In this document: positions 60,801-64,000 of the stretch, in pieces
Numbering within the stretch: the first letter of the stretch is position 1
How the letters are laid out: every line of letters begins with the position of its first letter
Assembly (NCBI GenBank): GCA_051294905.1
Contig: CM119371.1
Coordinates: 31,994,001-32,058,000 of the forward strand
Direction of reading: 5' to 3'
From: Botryllus schlosseri
Taxonomy: Eukaryota
DNA length: 64,000 bases
Position numbers and translations under genes: made by a program
Notes under the pieces: model-generated
Seen by the model: the letters and a program-made list of their open reading frames with translations, nothing else
Database searches by the model: none
Told to the model about the DNA's origin: nothing

Positions 60801-63289
60801 CTCTTTAGGAATTGGTAACCGTAGTATACAAACACTAACAGTGAACGGGTGCACAACATAAATCGTATGTTTTGTACCCTGTAGGGAATCACAAAGTACG
60901 CACACCTACAGCCCAGCGTACATAGACACCGCGGCACGGCACGCGCCTGAAGGCGGGAAATCAAAAAGGAAGACAAAAAAGGCGAAAAGAGACCCTGAAA
61001 GGTCAGCGATGTTTCAGAGGCTACACAATGTAGGCTACTACAAACGCAATATTTCCATAGTCCCAGTATAGAACATGACTTCTTAGTTTAACACAAGAAC
61101 CCTCAGAGCATACTTGGACAACCGCAAAATTCTAATTCTAATCTAATTTGCTATGTAGCTATAATTCTAATTCTAATTTCAGTTGGAAAAACTGTGTAGC
61201 TATAATTCTAATCTAATTTAGAATAGCTGAAAATTTTCTAGCTGTCCAAGTCTGCCAAAGAGGTGGCTAAAGTACCTAGTCTATAATAAATAATAAAAGA
61301 ATTTGCCACCGTAGATACTATATCTTTCAAATCCAAAGTTTTGTGCCCCGATAACTTCGATTCTACTAGTTGGAATTGAGTCAAATTTGGTGTGCATTGT
61401 TTTTTCAGACAGTCTAACAATTCCATTGGGTAGCCAGTACAGTTTGAACAAAAAACAAAAACTGTTTTCTTATATAGCAATGCTTCTATAGGTGGGAACT
61501 TGGAATTGAGCCGAAATTGGTGTGCAGCCTTTTTTTTAGGCAACCTAACAATTTTATCAAGAAGCCAGTAAAATTTGAAGAATACCAGTTATTTTTGAGC
61601 AACCCTAATGTCTATCTAAGGATGCAATTACCACACAGCCCACTCGCAACTAAAATTAACCCACTCTGCATCAAGGGAAAGAATACTCTCAAGACTGAAC
61701 CTGCCAAAGCCGCCAGTCAAGTACAGCTTGAATTTGAGGCCACTGAAACCAGACCCAGACCCCACCAACACGGCCCCCCTGAACCCGAACATTTACTACG
61801 CCGAAGTGCCAAAATCGGGTGGGGTGGTCAAGACTCCGTTTTACGTACAAGTGGATATACCGGAAGGCGCGTTGGACGGGGATGTACGTTTGAAATTTGA
61901 GAGGCAGGAATTCGACAGGTACTGAGAAGGAATAATGCCGATTTGGATAACTATAAGCACCAGCGACTTTGGCTGAGCACAATGAGCTGGGTTGTAACCA
62001 AGTCGCAAGGCTCAGAGTCACAAGTCAATCTCACTTTTGCGATTCGACTCGAGTCAAGTCGAGTCATTTTCAAGTTCAAGTCCAAGTCAGCGTGCAACGA
62101 GTCGAGTCCGAGGCATGCTATTCTGACTCGAGTCCGAGTCTTTGCGTTAACTGCTCAGTTTCCAGTTAAGGTCCTGATAAACCCACTTTTTATAACTCTG
62201 TTAGGTGATATCGATAGTTCGCATTTTTAATATACTGATTTTCCTCACTTTTAGCAGTTTTGGTCGCATTTTCAAGTACCAGTACCAATAGAAAAAATCC
62301 CAATATTGCAGTTACGTTACTATTCTTTGAAATTACAATGAAATGTCAGTCATAGAATTCCGAGTCTTGAGTCAAATGACTCAGTTCGGGTCGTGCGCAA
62401 TGACTCGATTCCAAGTCGAGTCAATCCATACATCGACCCAAGTCGAGCTGACTTGGACTCGGACTTGACTCGGTGGTGAATTGAAAATGACTCGACTTGA
62501 CCCGAGTCAAAATTATGAAAATGGGATTGACTTATGACTCGGTGCCTTGTGACTTAATGTTACAACCCTGATGATCATATTATTCAAATCAGTATTTGCA
62601 AACATCATGGCAGTTAAGAATTCACTGCAATGTCCAAGATACAGAATTTAAGGACATAGAATGACATGGAATTATAGCAATACAGACTTTAGGCGACAAT
62701 CTCCATAACATTACCATGTCTAGAATGCCCTTAATGCAAGTGAATCAGTCTCAATATTCATATAGCGTATGGCTCAATTTACAACAAGTCTATAATTTTC
62801 AGAATGAAGCTAGGCCTCACGGAGGACGACACGCTATGCAGCTGTATCATAGACTTAAACATGGAGCCTCTCAGCTACTGCCTACGACAAAACGCCACTG
62901 TCAAAATGAGAATTCTCGACAAATGCATCAACCAGTAAGGATTGAACCCCGCACCTTAACATAACGCAGATCTTACAAGATTTGTATTCAGAGCTAATGT
63001 ACTCTTGGAAAGCTGCTACTACCAGAGAAACAGATGAAATGTCGTGAAACTAATCGGAAAAACTGTTTTTAATTCACTACTGATTATATTTCATGTATTT
63101 ATTAGGAATACACTCTTAAAACGTGTATTGAAGTTCCACAACCCAAAAACTATTCGGTTTTCAGGCACGAGGAAACCACAATTATCATGTCCCGTCATTT
63201 CTCGTGGACAAGAATACCGACTAGGATAGAGTCCAGGCAAATCAATGGGGAGAAGCATTACTACGCCGTGACAGAGTCACAAGTATTCG
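57894..63289 (+). CDS. Nested antisense multi-exon gene: acidic disordered N-terminus plus ZU5-like domain (DTHD1/PIDD/ankyrin-type), continues past window
   Basis: Phase-consistent GT-AG exons 57894-58601, 59539-59622, 59794-59925, 60499-60677, 60885-61001, 61676-61918, 62803-62934, 63165-63289; GGVVKTPFYVQVDIPEGAL..LGLTEDDTLCSCIIDLNMEP..ATVKMRI resembles ZU5. Confidence 0.72.
58777..59304. mobile_element. GACTCGAGTC-rich hAT-like MITE (cagggtt termini)
   Basis: TSD cccacatc / cccacgtc; family copies at ~6625-7047, 16838-17325, 22092-22578, 23922-24106, 48695-49287 and 61987-62570. Confidence 0.75.
60378..60424 (+). ncRNA. Degenerate hammerhead motif copy in an intron of the nested ZU5 gene
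   Basis: GAUUACCC CUGACGA GUGUCACCUA GAAA AUAU UC GGGAUC (stem II pair lost). Confidence 0.45.
61987..62570. mobile_element. GACTCGAGTC-rich MITE, inverted copy
   Basis: ctgggttgtaac...ttacaaccctg. Confidence 0.7.
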
Positions 63290-64000
63290 GTAAGGTGTAC
63301 GAACGATATTATACGCATTATTCATGTCTTTCGTGATTAGTTAGCCTTTAAAAATCAAAATAACTCCAAAATGCAATCACGACAAGTCTATGCAACAAAA
63401 CACTCCTATTTTTAGACAAACTTAGTCCTAGACTTTGCTGGAGCCTCTTAGATATAACACCTGCCGAGCGTGGTTCTGTAAAACCTACCAACTAGACCGT
63501 TGACCGTAGAATATCTTCTGAAAGAAATCTAGCTTCAATTCGGTTCGCTAGATTCTGTCATACTGTCAAATTTCGATAAATCACCGCAATTTTCAATGTA
63601 TAACGCGCATAATTTTACCGATATTTGCCCTAAAACCGAGAGATGGGTACAACAATTCTTGAAAAAAATCTCCCTCGAAATAAAAGTTATTGAAATCACA
63701 ACTTTCTTCATGTTTATTGTTAATCGCGCATCACACTCGGCCACTCTTCTCCGTAATTCGTATCATCATTGTTAGGCGCTGTCAATTTGAGAGAGGCGTG
63801 TTACCAATTAGTGAGATTGGTCTGCGCGGCACAACAGCACGCGTTGTGCGCGAGCGAAATAAGCTCATCGATTGCTGCGCGCGCATTCCTCGCTAAGTTA
63901 TCGCGTCATACAACAGGCCTGAACAATCGCATCTACAACAGGCCTCTTGCGCATCTCCAGGAGGCCTGGTGCGAAAGAAATAATCGTTGTTGGCCTGAGC

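Noticed and set aside
61517..61900. 127-aa ORF as a terminal exon
   Set aside because: The alternative frame (61676-61918) splices in phase into downstream exons and gives the ZU5-like sequence
63690..64000. GC-rich stretch as a further LRP1 exon
   Set aside because: No YWTD/EGF-like translation or fitting splice sites recognised; probably transposon-derived

Overview
Eukaryotic (metazoan, probably invertebrate chordate or other deuterostome) genomic DNA; no prokaryotic features. A minus-strand LRP1-like receptor gene spans most of the window. I traced 35 phase-consistent GT-AG exons (54674 to 5055, ~1,619 codons) covering a YWTD propeller, 10 LDLa repeats (cluster III), EGF/propeller, 11 LDLa repeats (cluster IV) and EGF repeats; both gene ends lie outside the window. 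Its introns carry: an intact Tx1/L1-clade LINE inserted inside a MITE; a tandem duplication with two intronless class A GPCR genes on the host strand; an antisense multi-exon ZU5-domain (DTHD1-like) gene; many non-autonomous DNA transposons, several with clear TSDs; and several satellites. The most striking signal is a dispersed and tandemly arrayed ~123-bp repeat whose consensus is a minimal type I hammerhead ribozyme (CCC-CUGANGA-G..C-GAAA-AUAU-UC-GGG). It has a palindromic loop III and a possible 5'-flank/loop II pseudoknot switch, making it a candidate Penelope-derived or non-LTR retrozyme family. All calls are by eye; no database searches were run.
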